NCBI RefSeq assembly: GCF_009914755.1
Contig: NC_060925.1
Length of the DNA: 64,000 bases
Strand: one strand, 5' to 3'
Source of the DNA: the human T2T-CHM13v2.0 reference genome, Homo sapiens
Each line of letters starts with the position of its first letter. The first letter of the stretch is position 1. The notes below the pieces were generated by a model. It was not told the DNA's origin. It made no database searches and saw nothing but the letters and a program-made list of their open reading frames with translations. Of the stretch, positions 1-15,500 are shown piece after piece. A program made the translations under genes and the position numbers.

Positions 1-1830
1 AATGGACTCAAATGGAATTATCCTCAAATGGAGTCGAATGGAATTATCGAATGCAATCGAATGGAATTATCGAATGCAATTGAATAGAATCATCGAATGG
101 ATTCGAATGGAATCATCGAATGGAATGGAATGGAACAGTCAATGAACTCGAATGGAATCATCATTGAATGGAATCGAATGGAATCATCGAGTGGAATCGA
201 ATGGAATTATGATCAAATGGAATTGAATGTAATCATCATCAAATGGAATCAAAAATAACCATCATCAATGGGTATTGAATGGAATTGTCATCAAATGGAC
301 TTCAAAGGAATCATCATCAAATGGAACCGAACGGAATCCTCATTGAATGGAAATGAAAGGGGTCATCATCTAATGGAATTGCATGGAATCATCATTAAAT
401 GGAATCGAATGGAATCATCATCAAATGGAATCTAATGGAATCACTGAACAGAATTGAATGGAATCATCATCGAATGAATTGAATGCAATCATCGAATGGT
501 CTCGAATGGAATCATCTTCTAATGGAAAGGAATAGAATCATCGCATAGAATCGAATGGAATTAACATTGAATTGATTCGAATGGAATCAACATCCAACGG
601 AATCAAGCGAAATTATCGAATGGAATCTAAGAGAATCATCGAATGGACTCGAATGGAATCATCTAATGGAATGGAATGGAATAATCCATGGACTCGAATG
701 CAATCATCATCGAATGGAATCGAATGGAATCATCGAATGGACTCGAATGGAATAATCATTGAACGGAATCGAATGGAATCATCATCGGATGGAAACGAAT
801 GGAATCATCATCGAATGCAAATGAAAGGAGTCATCATCTAATGGAATCGCATGGAATCATCATAAAATGGAATCGAATGGAATCAACATCAAATGGAATC
901 AATTGGAATCATTGAACGGAATTGAATGGAATTGTCATCAAATGAATTGAATGCAATCATCGAATGGTCTCGAATGGAATCATCTTCAAATGGAATGGAA
1001 TGGAATCATCGCATAGAATCGAATGGAATTATCATCGAATGGAATCGAAAGGTATCAACATCAAACGGAAAAAAACGGAATTATCGAATGGAATCGAAGA
1101 GAATCATCGAACGGACCCGAATGGAATCATCTAATGGAAAGGAATGGAATAATCCATGGACTCGAATCCAATCATCATCGAATGGAATCGAATGGAATCA
1201 TTGAAAGGACTCTAATGGAATAATCATTTAACGGAATCGAATGGAATCATCATCGAATGGAAACTAATGGAATCATCATCGAATGGAAATGAAAGGAGTC
1301 ATCTAATGGAATTGCACGGAATCAACATAAAATGGAATCGAATGGAATCAACATCAAATGGAATGAAATGGAATCATTGAACGGAATTGAATGGAATCTT
1401 CATCGAATGAATTGAATGCAATCATCGAATGGTCTCGAATGGAATCATCTTCAAATGGAATGGAATGGAATCATCGCATAGAATCGAATGGAATTATCAT
1501 CGAATGGAATCGAATGGAATCAACATCAAACGGAAAAAAACGGAATTATCGAATGGAATCGAAGAGAATCATGGAATGGTCCCGAATGGAATCGTCTAAT
1601 GGAATGGAATGGAATAATCCATGGACTCGAATGCAATCATCATCGAATGGAATCGAATGGAATCATCGAATGGACTCGAATGGAATAATCATTGAACGGA
1701 ATCGAATGGAATCATCATCGGATGGAAATGAAAGGAATCATTATCGAATGGAATCGAATAGAATTATGGAATGAAATCCAGTGTCATCATCTTCGAATGG
1801 ACCCGAATGGAATCATCATCCAACGGAAGC

Positions 1831-1841
1831 TAATGGAATCA
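1831..1841 (+). promoter_or_regulatory. TAATGGAATCA, candidate DUX4-type binding motif (example; recurs about 1-2 times per unit)
   Basis: Exact 11-mer at 1831-1841 and 2674-2684. It fits the DUX4 consensus as I recall it (TAAYBBAATCA), and DUX4 is known to induce HSATII transcription. Occupancy cannot be shown from sequence. Confidence 0.45.
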
Positions 1842-4800
1842 ACATCGAATGAATCGAATGGAAACACCATCGAATTGAAACGAGTGGAATTATCATGAAA
1901 TTGAAATGGATGGACTCATCATCGAATGGATTCGAATGGAATCATCGAATAAAATTGATTGAAATCATCATCAAATGCAATCGAATGGTAGCATTGAATG
2001 GAATCGAATGGAATCATCATCAGATGGAAATGAATGGAATCGTCATAGAATGGAATCGAATGGATTCATTGAATGGAATCAGATGGAATCTTCGAATGGA
2101 CTGGAATGGAATCATTGAATGGACTCGAAAGGGATCATGATTGAATGGAATTGAATGGAATCATCGAATGGTCTCGATTGGAATCATTATCAAATGGAAT
2201 CGAATGGAATCACCGAATAGAATCGAATGGAACAATCATCGAATGGACTCAAATGAAATTATCCTCAAGTGGAATCGAATGGAATTATCGAATGCAATCG
2301 AATGGAATTATCGAATGCAATCGAATAGAATCATCGAATGGACTCGAATGGAATCATCGAATGGAATGGAATGGAACAGTCAATGAACTCGAATGGAATC
2401 ATCATTAAATGGAATCGAATGGAATCATCGAGTGGAATCGAATGGAATTATGATCAAATGGAATCGAATGTAATCCTCATCAAATGGAATCAAAAATAAC
2501 CATCATCAATTGATATTCAATGGAATTGTCATCAAATGGAATTCAAAGGTATCATCATCAAATGGAACCGAATGGAATCCTCATTGAATGGAAATGAAAG
2601 GGGTCATCATCTAATGGAATCGCATGGAATCATCATCAAATGGAATCGAATGGAATCATCATCAAATGGAATCTAATGGAATCATTGAACAGAATTGAAT
2701 GGAATCGTCATCGAATGAATTGAATGCAATCATCGAATGGTCTCGAATGGAATCATCTTCTAATGGAAAGGAATGGAATCATCGCATAGAATCGAATGGA
2801 ATTAACATTGAATGGACTCGAATGGAATCAACATCAAACGGAATCAAGCGGAAATATCGAATGGAATCGAAGAGAATCATCGAATGGACTCGAATGGAAT
2901 CATCTAATGGAATGGAATGGAATAATCCACGGACTCGAATGCAATCATCATCGTATAGAATCGAATGGAATCATTGAATGGACTCGAATGGAATAATCAT
3001 TGAACGGAATCGAATGGAATCATCATCGGATGGAAACGAATGGAATCATCATCGAATGGAAATGAAAGGAGTCATCATCTAATGGAATTGCATGGAATCA
3101 TCATAAAATGGAATCGAATGGAATCAACATCAAATGGAATCAAATGGAATCATTGAACGGAATTGAATGGAATCGTCAACGAATGAATTGAATGCAATCA
3201 TCGAATGGTCTCGAATGGAATCATCTTCAAATGGAATGGAATGGAATCATCGCATAGAATCGAATGGAATTATCATCGAATGGAATCGAATGGAATCAAC
3301 ATCAAACGGAAAAATCGGAATTATCGTATGGAATCGAAGAGAATCATCGAATGGACCCGAATGGAATCATCTAATGGAGTGGAATGGAATAATCCATGGA
3401 CTCGAATGCAATCATCATCGAATGGAATCGAATGGAATCATCGAATGGACTCGAATGGAATAATCATCGAACGGAATCGAATGGAGTCATCATCGGATGG
3501 AAATGAATGGAATCATCATCGAATGGAATCGAACAGAATTATGGAATGAAATCCAGTGTGATCATCATCGAATGGACCCGAATGGAATCATCATCCAACG
3601 GAAGCTAATGGAATCAACATCCAATGAATCGAATGGAAACACCATCGAATTGAAACGAATGGAATTATCATGAAATTGAAATGGATGGACTCATCATCGA
3701 ATGGATTCGAATGGAATCATCGAATAAAATTGATTGAAATCATCAACAAATGGAATCGAATGGTATCATTGAATGGAATCGAATGGAATCATCATCAGAT
3801 GGAAATGAATGGAATCGTCATAGAATGGAATCGAATGGATTCATTGAATGGAATCAGATGGAATCATCGAATGGACTGGAATGGAATCATTGAATGGACT
3901 CGAAAGGGATCATTATTGAATGGAATTGAATGGAATCATGGAATGGTCTCGATTGGAATCATTATCAAATGGAATCGAATGGAATCACAGAATAGAATCG
4001 AATGGAACAATCATCGAATGGACTCAAATGGAATTATCCTCAAATGGAATCGAATGGAAATATCGAATGCAATCGAATGGAATTATCGAATGCAATCGAA
4101 TAGAATCATCGAATGGACTCGAATGGAATCATCGAATGGAATGGAATGGAACAGTCAATGAACTCGAATGGAATCATCATTGAATGGAATCGAATGGAAT
4201 CATCGAGTGGAATCGAATGGAATTATGATCAAATGGAATCGAATGTAATCATCATCAAATGGAATCAAAAATAACCATCATCAATTGGTATTGAATGGAA
4301 TTGTCATCAAATGGAATTCAAAGGAATCATCATCAAATGGAACCGAATGGAATCCTCATTGAATGGAAATGAAAGGGGTCATCATCTAATGGAATCGCAT
4401 GGAATCATCATCAAATGGAATCGAATGGAATCATCATCAAATGGAATCTAATGGAATCATTGAACAGAATTGAATGGAATCGTCATCGAATGAATTGAAT
4501 GCAATCATCGAATCGTCTCGAATGGAATCATCTTCTAATGGAAAGGAATGGAATCACCGCATAGAATCGAATGGAATTAACATTGAATGGACTCGAATGG
4601 AATCCACATCAAACGGAATCAAGCGGAATTACCGAATGGAATCGAAGAGAATCATCGAATGGACTCGAATGGAATCATCTAATGGAATGGAATGGAATAA
4701 TCCACGGACTCGAATGCAATCATCATCATATAGAATCGAATGGAATCATTGAATGGACTCGAATGGAATAATCATTGAACGGAATCAAATGGAATCATCA

Positions 4801-7800
4801 TCGGATGGAAACGAATGGAATCATCATCGAATGGAAAAGAAAAGAGTCATTATCTAATGGAATTGCATGGAATCATCATAAAATGGAATCGAATGGAATC
4901 AATATCAAATGGAATCAAATGGAATAATTGAACGGAATTAAATGGAATCGTCATCGAATGAATTGAATGCAATCATCGAATGGTCTCGAATGGAATCATC
5001 TTCTAATGGAAAGTAATGGAATCATCGCATAGAATCGAATGGAATTAAAATTGAATGGACTCGAATGGAATCAACATCAAACGGAAAAAAACGGAAATAT
5101 CGAATGGAATCGAAGAGAATCATCGAATTGACCCGAATGGAATCATCTAATGGAATGGAATGGAATAATCCATGGACTCGAATGCAATCATCATCGAATG
5201 GAATCGAATGGAATCATCGAATGGACTCGAATGGAATAATCATTGAACGGAATCGAATGGAATCATCATGGGATGGAAACGAATGGAATCATCATCGAAT
5301 GGAAATGAAAGGAGTCATGTAATGGAATTACATGGAATCATCATAAAATGGAATCGAATGGAATCAACATCAAATGGAATCCAATGGAATCATTGAACGG
5401 AATTGAATGAATCGTCATCGAATCAATTGAATGCTATCATCAAATGGTCTCGAATGGAATCATGTTCAAATGGAATGGAATGGAATCATCGCATAGAATC
5501 GAATGTAATTATCATCGAATGGAATCGAATGAAATCAACAACAAACGGAAAAAAAAGGAATTATCGAATGGAATCAAAGAGAATCATCGAATGGACCCGA
5601 ATGGAATCATCTAATGGAATGGAATGGAATAATCCATGGACTCGAATGCAATCATCATCGAATGGAATCGAATGGAATCATCGAATGGACTCGAATGGAA
5701 TAATCATAGAACGGAATCGAATGGAATCATCATCGGATGGAAATGAATGGAATCATCATCGAATGGAATCGAATAGAATTATGGAATGAAATCCAGTGTG
5801 ATCATCATCGAATGCACCCGAATGGAATCATCATCCAACGGAATCTAATGGAAACAACATCGAATGAATCGAATGGAAACACCATCGAATTGAAACGAGT
5901 GGAATTATCATGAAATTGAAATGGATGGACTCATCATCGAATGGATTCGAATGGAATCATCGAATAAAATTGATTGAAATCATCATCAAATGGAATCGAA
6001 TGGTATCATTGAATGGAATCGAATGGAATCATCATCAGATGGAAATGAATGGAATCGTCATAGAATGGAATCGAAAGGATTCGTTGAATGGAATCAGATG
6101 GAATCATCGAATGGACTGGAATGGAATCATTGAATGGACTCGAGAGGGATCATTATTGAATGGAATTGAATGGAATCATCGAATGGTCTCGATTGGAATC
6201 ATTATCAAATGGAATCGAATGGAATCACCGAATAGAATCGAATGGAACAATCATCGAATGGACTCCAATGGAATTATCCTCAAATGGAATCGAATGGAAT
6301 TATCGAATGCAATCGAATGGAATTATCGAATGCAATCGAATAGAATCATCGAATGGACTCGAATGGAATCATCGAATGGAATGGAATGGAACAGTCAATG
6401 AACTCGAATGGAATCATCATTGAATGGAATCGAATGGAATCATCGAGTGGAATCGAATGGAATTATGATCAAATGGAATCGAATGTAATCATCATCAAAT
6501 GGAATCAAAGATAACCATCATCAATTGGTATTGAATGGAATTGTCATCAAATGGAATTCAAAGGAATCATCACCAAATGGAACCGAAAGGAATCCTCATT
6601 GAATGGAAATGAAAGGGGTCATCATCTAATGGAATCGCATGGAATCATCATCAAATGGAATCGAATGGAATCATCATCAGATGGAATCTAAAGGAATCAT
6701 TGAACAGAATTGAATGGAATCGTCATCGAATGAATTGAATGCAATCATCGAATGGTCTCGAATGGAATCATCTTCAAATGGAATGGAATGGAATCATCGC
6801 ATAGAATCGAATGGAATTATCATCGAATGGAATCGAATGGAATCAACATCAAACGGAAAAAAACGGAATTATCGAATGGAATCGAAGGGAATCATAGAAT
6901 GGTCCCGAATGGAATCATCTAATGGAATGGAATGGAATAATCCATGGACTCGAATGCAATCATCATCGAATGGAATCGAATGGAATCATCGAATGGACTC
7001 GAATGGAATAATCATTGAACGGAATCGAATGGAATCATCATCGGATGGAAATGAATGGAATCATTATCGAATGGAATCGAATAGAATTATGGAATGAAAT
7101 CCAGTGTCATCATCATCGAATGGACCTGAATGGAATCATCATCCAACGGAAGCTAATGGAATCAACATCGAATGAATCGAATGGAAACACCATCGAATTG
7201 AAACGAGTGGAATTATCATGAAATTGAAATGCATGGACTCATCATCGAATGGATTCGAATGGAATCATCGAATAAAATTGATTGAAATCATCATCAAATG
7301 GAATCGAATGGTAGCATTGAATGGAATCGAATGGAATCATCATCAGATGGAAATGAATGGAATCGTCATAGAATGGAATCGAATGGATTCATTGAATGGA
7401 ATCAGATGGAATCTTCGAATGGACTGGAATGGAATCATTGAATGGACTCAAAAGGGATCATTATTGAATGGAATTGAATGGAATCATCGAATGGTCTCGA
7501 TTGGAATCATTATCAAATGGAATCGAATGGAATCACCGAATAGAATCGAAAGGAACAATCATCGAATGGACTCAAATGAAATTATCCTCAAGTGGAATCG
7601 AATGGAATTATCGAATGCAATCGAATGGAATTATCGAATGCAATCGAATAGAATCATCGAATGGACTCGAATGGAATCATCGAATGGAATGGAATGGAAC
7701 AGTCAATGAACTCGAATGGAATCATCATTGAATGGAATCGAATGGAATCGAGTGGAATCGAATGGAATTATGATCAAATGGAATCGAATGTAATCATCAT

Positions 7801-10800
7801 CAAATGGAATCAAAAATAACCATCATCAATTGGTATTCAATGGAATTGTCATCAAATGGAATTCAAAGGTATCATCATCAAATGGAACCGAATGGAATCC
7901 TCATTGAATGGAAATGAAAGGGGTCATCATCTAATGGAATCGCATGGAATCATCATCAAATGGAATCGAATGGAATCATCATCAAATGGAATCTAATGGA
8001 ATCATTGAACAGAATTGAATGGAATCGTCATCGAATGAATTGAATGCAATCATCGAATGGTCTCGAATGGAATCATCTTCTAATGGAAAGGAATGGAATC
8101 ATCGCATAGAATCGAATGGAATTAACATTGAATGGACTCGAATGGAATCCACATCAAACGGAATCAAGCGGAATTATCGAATGGAATCGAAGAGAATCAT
8201 CGAATGGACTCGAATGGAATCATCTAATGGAATGGAATGGAATAATCCACGGACTCGAATGCAATCATCATCGTATAGAATCGAATGGAATCATTGAATG
8301 GACTCGAATGGAATAATCATTGAACGGAATCAAATGGAATCATCATCGGATGGAAACGAATGGAATCATCATCGAATGGAAAAGAAAAGAGTCATCATCT
8401 AATGGAATTGCATGGAATCATCATAAAATGGAATCGAATGGAATCAACATCAAATGGAATCAAATGGAATCATTGAACGGAATTGAATGGAATCGTCATC
8501 GAATGAATTGAATGCAATCATCGAATGGTCTCGAATGGAATCATCTTCTAATGGAAAGTAATGGAATCATCGCATAGAATCGAATGGAATTAAAATTGAA
8601 TGGACTCGAATGGAATCAACACCAAACGGAAAAAAACGGAATTATCGAATGGAATCGAAGAGAATCATCGAATGGACCCGAATGGAATCATCTAATGGAA
8701 TGGAATGGAATAATCCATGGACTCGAATGCAATCATCATCGAATGGAATCGAATGGAATCATCGAATGGACTCGAATGGAATAATCATTGAACGGAATCG
8801 AATGGAATCATCATCGGATGGAAAAGAATGGAATCATCATCGGATGGAAATGAAAGGAGTCATCATCTAATGGAATTGCATGGAATCATCATAAAATGGA
8901 ATCGAATGGAATCAACATCAAATGGAATCAAATGGAATCATTGAACGGAATTGAATGGAATCGTCATCGAATGAATTGAATGCAATCATCGAATGGTCTC
9001 GAATGGAATCATCTTCAAATGGAATGGAATGGAATCATCGCATAGAATCGAATGGAATTATCATCGAATGGAATCGAATGGAATCAACATCAAACGGAAA
9101 AAAACGGAATTATCGAATGGAATCGAAGAGAATCATCGAATGGACCCGAATGGAATCATCTAATGGAATGGAATGGAATAATCCATGGACTCGAATGCAA
9201 TCATCATCGAATGGAATCGAATGGAATCATCGAATGGACTCGTATGGAATAATCATTGAACGGAATCGAATGGAATCGTCATCGGGTGGAAATGAATGGA
9301 ATCATCATCGAATGGAATCGAATAGAATTATGGAATGAAATCCAGTGTGATCATCATCGAATGGACCCGAATGGAATCATCATCCAACGGAAGCTAATGG
9401 AATCAACATCGAATGAATCGAATGGAAACACCATCGAATTGAAACGAATGGAATTACAATGAAATTGAAATGGATGGACTCATCATCGAATGGATTCCAA
9501 TGGAATCATCGAATAAAATTGATTGAAATCATCATCGAATGGTATCGAATGGTATCATTGAATGGAATCGAATGGAATCATCATCAGATGGAAATGAATG
9601 GAATCGTCATAGAATGGAATCGAATGGATTCATTGAATGGAATCAGATGGAATCATCGAATGGACTGGAATGGAATCATTGAATGGACTCGAAAGAGATC
9701 ATGATTGAATGGAATTGAATGGAATCATCGAATGGTCTCGATTGGAATCATTATCAAATGGAATCGAATGGAATCACCGAATAGAATCGAATGGAACAAT
9801 CATCGAATGGACTCAAATGGAATTATCCTCTATTGGAATCGAATGGAATTATCGAATGCAATCGAATGGAATTATCGAATGCAATCGAATAGAATCATCG
9901 AATGGACTCGAATGGAATCATCGAATGGAATGGAATGGAACAGTCAATGAACTCGAATGGAATCATCATTGAATGGAATCGAATGGAATCATCGAGTGGA
10001 ATCGAATGGAATTATGATCAAATGGAATCGAATGTAATCATCATCAAATGGAATCAAAAATAACCATCATCAATTGGTATTGAATGGAATTGTCATCAAA
10101 TGGAATTCAAAGGAAACATCATCAAATGGAAACGAATGGAATCCTCATTGAATGGAAATGAAAGGGGTCATCATCTAATGGAATCGCATGGAATCATCAT
10201 CAAATGGAATCGAATGGAATCATCATCAAATGGAATCTAATGGAATCATTGAACAGAATTTAATGGAATCGTCATCGAATGAATTGAATGCAATCATCGA
10301 ATGGTCTCGAATGGAACCATCTTCTAATGGAAAGGAATGGAATCATCGCATAGAATCGAATGGAATTGTCATCGAATGGAATCGAATGGTATCAACACCA
10401 AACAGAAAAAAACGGAATTATCGAATGGAATCGAAGAGAATCTTCGAACGGACCCGAATGGAATCATCTAATGGAATGGAATGGAATAATCCATGGACTC
10501 GAATGCAATCATCATCGAATGGAATCGAATGGAATCATCGAATGGTCTCGAATGGAATAATCATTGAACGGAATCGAATGGAATCATCATCGGATGGAAA
10601 CGAATGGAATCATCATCGAATGGGAATGAAAGGAGTCATCATCTAATGGAATTGCATGGAAACATCGTAAAATGGAATCGAATGGAATCAACATCAAATG
10701 GAATCAAATGGAATCATTGAACAGAATTGAATGGAATCGTCATCGAATGAATAGAATGCAATCATCGAATGGTCTCGAATGGAATCATCTTCAAATGGAA

Positions 10801-12541
10801 TGGAATGGAATCATCGCATAGAATCGAATGGAATTATCATCGAATGGAATCGAATGGAATCAACACCAAACGGAAAAAAACGGAATTATCGAATGGAATC
10901 GAAGAGAATCATCGAATGGACCCGAATGGAATCATCTAATGGAATGGAATGGAATAATCCATGGACTCGAATGCAATCATCATCGAATGGAATCGAATGG
11001 AATCATCGAATGGACTCGAATGGAATAATCATTGAACGGAATCGAATGGAATCATCATCGGATGGAAATGAATGGAATCATCATCGAATGGAATCGAATA
11101 GAATTATGGAATGAAATCCAGTGTGATCATCATCGAATGGACCCGAATGGAATCATCATCCAACGGAAGCTAATGGAATCAACATCGAATGAATCAAATG
11201 GAAACACCATCGAATTGAAACGAATGGAATTACCATGAAATTGAAATGGATGGACTCATCATCGAATGGATTCGAATGGAATCATCGAATAAAATTGATT
11301 GAAATCATAATCGAATGGAATCGAATGGTATCATTGAATGGAATCGAATGGAATCATCATCAGATGGAAATGAATGGAATCGTCATAGAATGGAATCGAA
11401 TGGATTCACTGAATGGAATCAGATGGAATCATCGAATGGACTGGAATGGAATCATTGAATGGACTCGAAAGGGATCATTATTGAATGGAATTGAATGGAA
11501 TCATCGAATGGTCTCGATTGGAATCATTATCAAATGGAATCGAATGGATTCACCGAATAGAATCGAATGGAACAATCATCGAATGGACTCAAATGGAATT
11601 ATCCTCAAATGGAATCGAATGGAATTATCGAATGCAATCGAATGGAATTATCGAATGCAATCGAATAGAATCATCGAATGGACTCGAATGGAATCATCGA
11701 ATGGAATGGAATGGAACAGTCAATGAACTCGAATGGAATCATCATTGAATGGAATCGAATGGAATCATCGAGTGGAATCGAATGGAATTATGATCAAATG
11801 GAATCGAATGTAATCATCATCAAAAGGAATCAAAAATAACCATCATCAATTGGTATTGAAAGGAATTGTCATCAAATGGAATTCAAAGGAATCATCATCA
11901 AATGGAACCTAATGGAATCCTCATTGAATGGAAATGAAAGGGGTCATCATCTAATGGAATCGCATGGAATCATCATCAAATGGAATCGAATGGAATCATC
12001 ATCAAATGGAATCTAATGGAATCATTGAAAGAATTGAATGGAATCATCATCGAATGAATTGAATGCAATCATCGAATGGTCTCGAATGGAATCATCTTCT
12101 AATGGAAAGGAATGAAATCATCGCATAGAATCGAATGGAATTATCATCGAATGGAATCGAATGGTATCAACACCAAACGGAAAAAAACGGAATTATCGAA
12201 TGGAAGCGAAGAGAATCTTCGAACGGACCCGAATGGAATCATCTAATGGAATGGAATGGAATAATCCATGGACTCGAATGCAATCATCATCGAATGGAAT
12301 CGAATGGAATCATCGAATGGACTCGAATGGAATAATCATTGAACGGAATCGAATGGAATCATCATCGGATGGAAATGAATGGAATCATCATCGAATGGAA
12401 TCGAATAGAATTATGGAATGAAATCCAGTGTGATCATCATCGAATGGACCCGAATGGAATCATCATCCAACGGAAGCTAATGGAATCAACATCGAATGAA
12501 TCAAATGGAAACACCATCGAATTGAAACGAATGGAATTACC

Positions 12542-15500
12542 ATGAAATTGAAATGGATGGACTCATCATCAAATGGATTCGAGTGGAATCATCGAATAAA
12601 ATTGATTGAAATCATCATCGAATGGAATCGAATGGTATCATTGAATGGAATCGTATGGAATCATCATCAGATGGAAATGAAAGGAATCGTCATAGAATGG
12701 AATCGAATGGATTCATTGAATGGAATCAGATGGAATCATTGAATGGACTGGAATTGAATCATTGAATGGACTTGAAAGGGATCATTATTGAATGGAATTG
12801 AATGGAATCATCGAATGGTCTCGATTGGAATCATTATCAAATGGAATCGAATGGAATCACCGAATAGAATCGAATGGAACAATCATCGAATGGACTCAAA
12901 TGGAATTATCCTCAAATGGAATTGAATGGAATTATCGAATGCAATCGAATGGAATTATCGAATGCAATCGAATAGAATCATCGAATGGACTCGAATGGAA
13001 TCATCGAATGGAATGGAATGGAACAGTCAATGAACTCGAATGGAATCATCATTGAATGGAATCGAATGGAATCATCGAGTGGAATCGAATGTAATCATCA
13101 TCAAATGGAATCAAAAATAACCATTATCAAATGGAATCAAAAATAACAATCATCAATTGGTATTGAATGGAATTGTCATCAAATGGAATTCAAAGGAATC
13201 ATCATCAAATGGAACCGAATGGAATCCTCATTGAATGGAAATGAAAGGGGTCATCATCTAATGGAATCGCATGGAATCATCATCAAATGGAATCGAATGG
13301 AATCATCATCAAATGGAATCTAATGGAATCATTGAAAAGAATTGAATGGAATCGTCATCGAATGAATTGAATGCAATCATCGAATGGTCTCGAATGGAAT
13401 CATCTTCTAATGGAAAGGAATGGAATCATCGCATAGAATCGAATGGAATTATCATCGAATGGAATCGAATGGTATCAACACCAAACGGAAAAAAACGGAA
13501 TTATCGAATGGAATCGAAGAGAATCTTCGAACGGACCCGAATGGAATCATCTAATGGAATGGAATGGAATAATCCATGGACTCGAATGCTATCATCATCG
13601 AATGGAATCGAATGTAATCATCGAATGGACTCGAATGGAATAATCATTGAACGGAATCGAATGGAATCATCATCGGATGGAAACGAATGGAATCATCATC
13701 GAATGGAAATGAAAGGAGTCATCATCTAATGGAATTGCATGGAATCATCATAAAATGGAATCGAATGGAATCAACATCAAATGGAATCAAATGGAATCAT
13801 TGAACGGAATTGAATGGAATCGTCATCGAATGAATTGAATGCAATCATCGAATGGTCTCGAATGGAATCATCTTCAAATGGAATGGAATGGAATCATCGC
13901 ATAGAATCGAATGGAATTATCATCGAATGGAATCGAATGGAATCAACATCAAACGGAAAAAAACGGAATTATCGAATGGAATCGAAGAGAATCATCGAAT
14001 GGACCCGAATGGAATCATCTAATGGAATGGAATGGAATAATCCATGGACTCGAATGCAATCATCATCGAATGGAATCGAATGGAATCATCGAATGGACTC
14101 GAATGGAATAATCATTGAACGGAATCGAATGGAATCATCATCGGATGGAAATGAAAGGAGTCATCATCTAATGGAATTGCATGGAATCATCATAAAATGG
14201 AATCGAATGGAATCAACATCAAATGGAATCAAATGGAATCATTGAACGGAATTGAATGGAATCGTCATCGAATGAATTGAATGCAATCATCGAATGGTCT
14301 CGAATGGAATCATCTTCAAATGGAATGGAATGGAATCATCGCATAGAATCGAATGGAATTATCATCGAATGGAATCGAATGGAATCAACATCAAACGGAA
14401 AAATACGGAATTATCGAATGGAATCGAAGAGAATCTTCGAACGGACCCGAATGGAATCATCTAATGGAATGGAATGGAATAATCCATGGACTCGAATGCA
14501 ATCATCATCGAATGGAATCGAATGGAATCATCGAATGGACTCGTATGGAATAATCATTGAACGGAATCGAATGGAATCGTCATCGGATGGAAATGAATGG
14601 AATCATCATCGAATGGAATCGAATAGAATTATGGAATGAAATCCAGTGTGATCATCATCGAATGGACCCGAATGGAATCATCATCCAACGGAAGCTAATG
14701 GAATCAACATCGAATGAATCGAATGGAAACACCATCGAATTGAAACGAATGGAATTACAATGAAATTGAAATGGATGGACTCATCATCGAATGGATTCCA
14801 ATGGAATCATCGAATAAAATTGATTGAAATCATCATCGAATGGAATCGAATGGTATCATTGAATGGAATCGAATGGAATCATCATCAGATGGAAATGAAT
14901 GGAATCGTCATAGAATGGAATCGAATGGATTCATTGAATGGAATCAGATGGAATCATCGAATGGACTGGAATGGAATCATTGAATGGACTCGAAAGGGAT
15001 CATTATTGAATGGAATTGAATGGAATCATCGAATGGTCTCGATTGGAATCATTATCAAATGGAATCGAATGGAATCACCGAATAGAATCGAATGGAACAA
15101 TCATCGAATGGACTCAAATGGAATTATCCTCAAATGGAATCGAATGGAATTATCGAATGCAATCGAATGGAATTATCGAATGCAATCGAATAGAATCATC
15201 GAATGGACTCGAATGGAATCATCGAATGGAATGGAATGGAACAGTCAATGAACTCGAATGGAATCATCATTGAATGGAATCGAATGGAATCATCGAGTGG
15301 AATCGAATGGAATTATGATCAAATGGAATCGAATGTAATCATCATCAAATGGAATCAAAAATAACCATCATCAACTGGTATTGAATGGAATTCTCATCAA
15401 ATGGAATTCAAAGGAATCATCATCAAATGGAACTGAATGGAATCCTCATTGAATGGAAATGAAAGGGGTCATCATCTAATGGAATCGCATGGAATCATCA

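Noticed and set aside
1065-1080. AAACGGAAAAAAACGG A-tract as a terminator, poly-A or retroposition scar
   Set aside because: It has only 7 A's, no hairpin and no target-site duplication. It aligns base for base with the variant AAACGGAATCAAGCGG, so it is a substituted GGAATC monomer.
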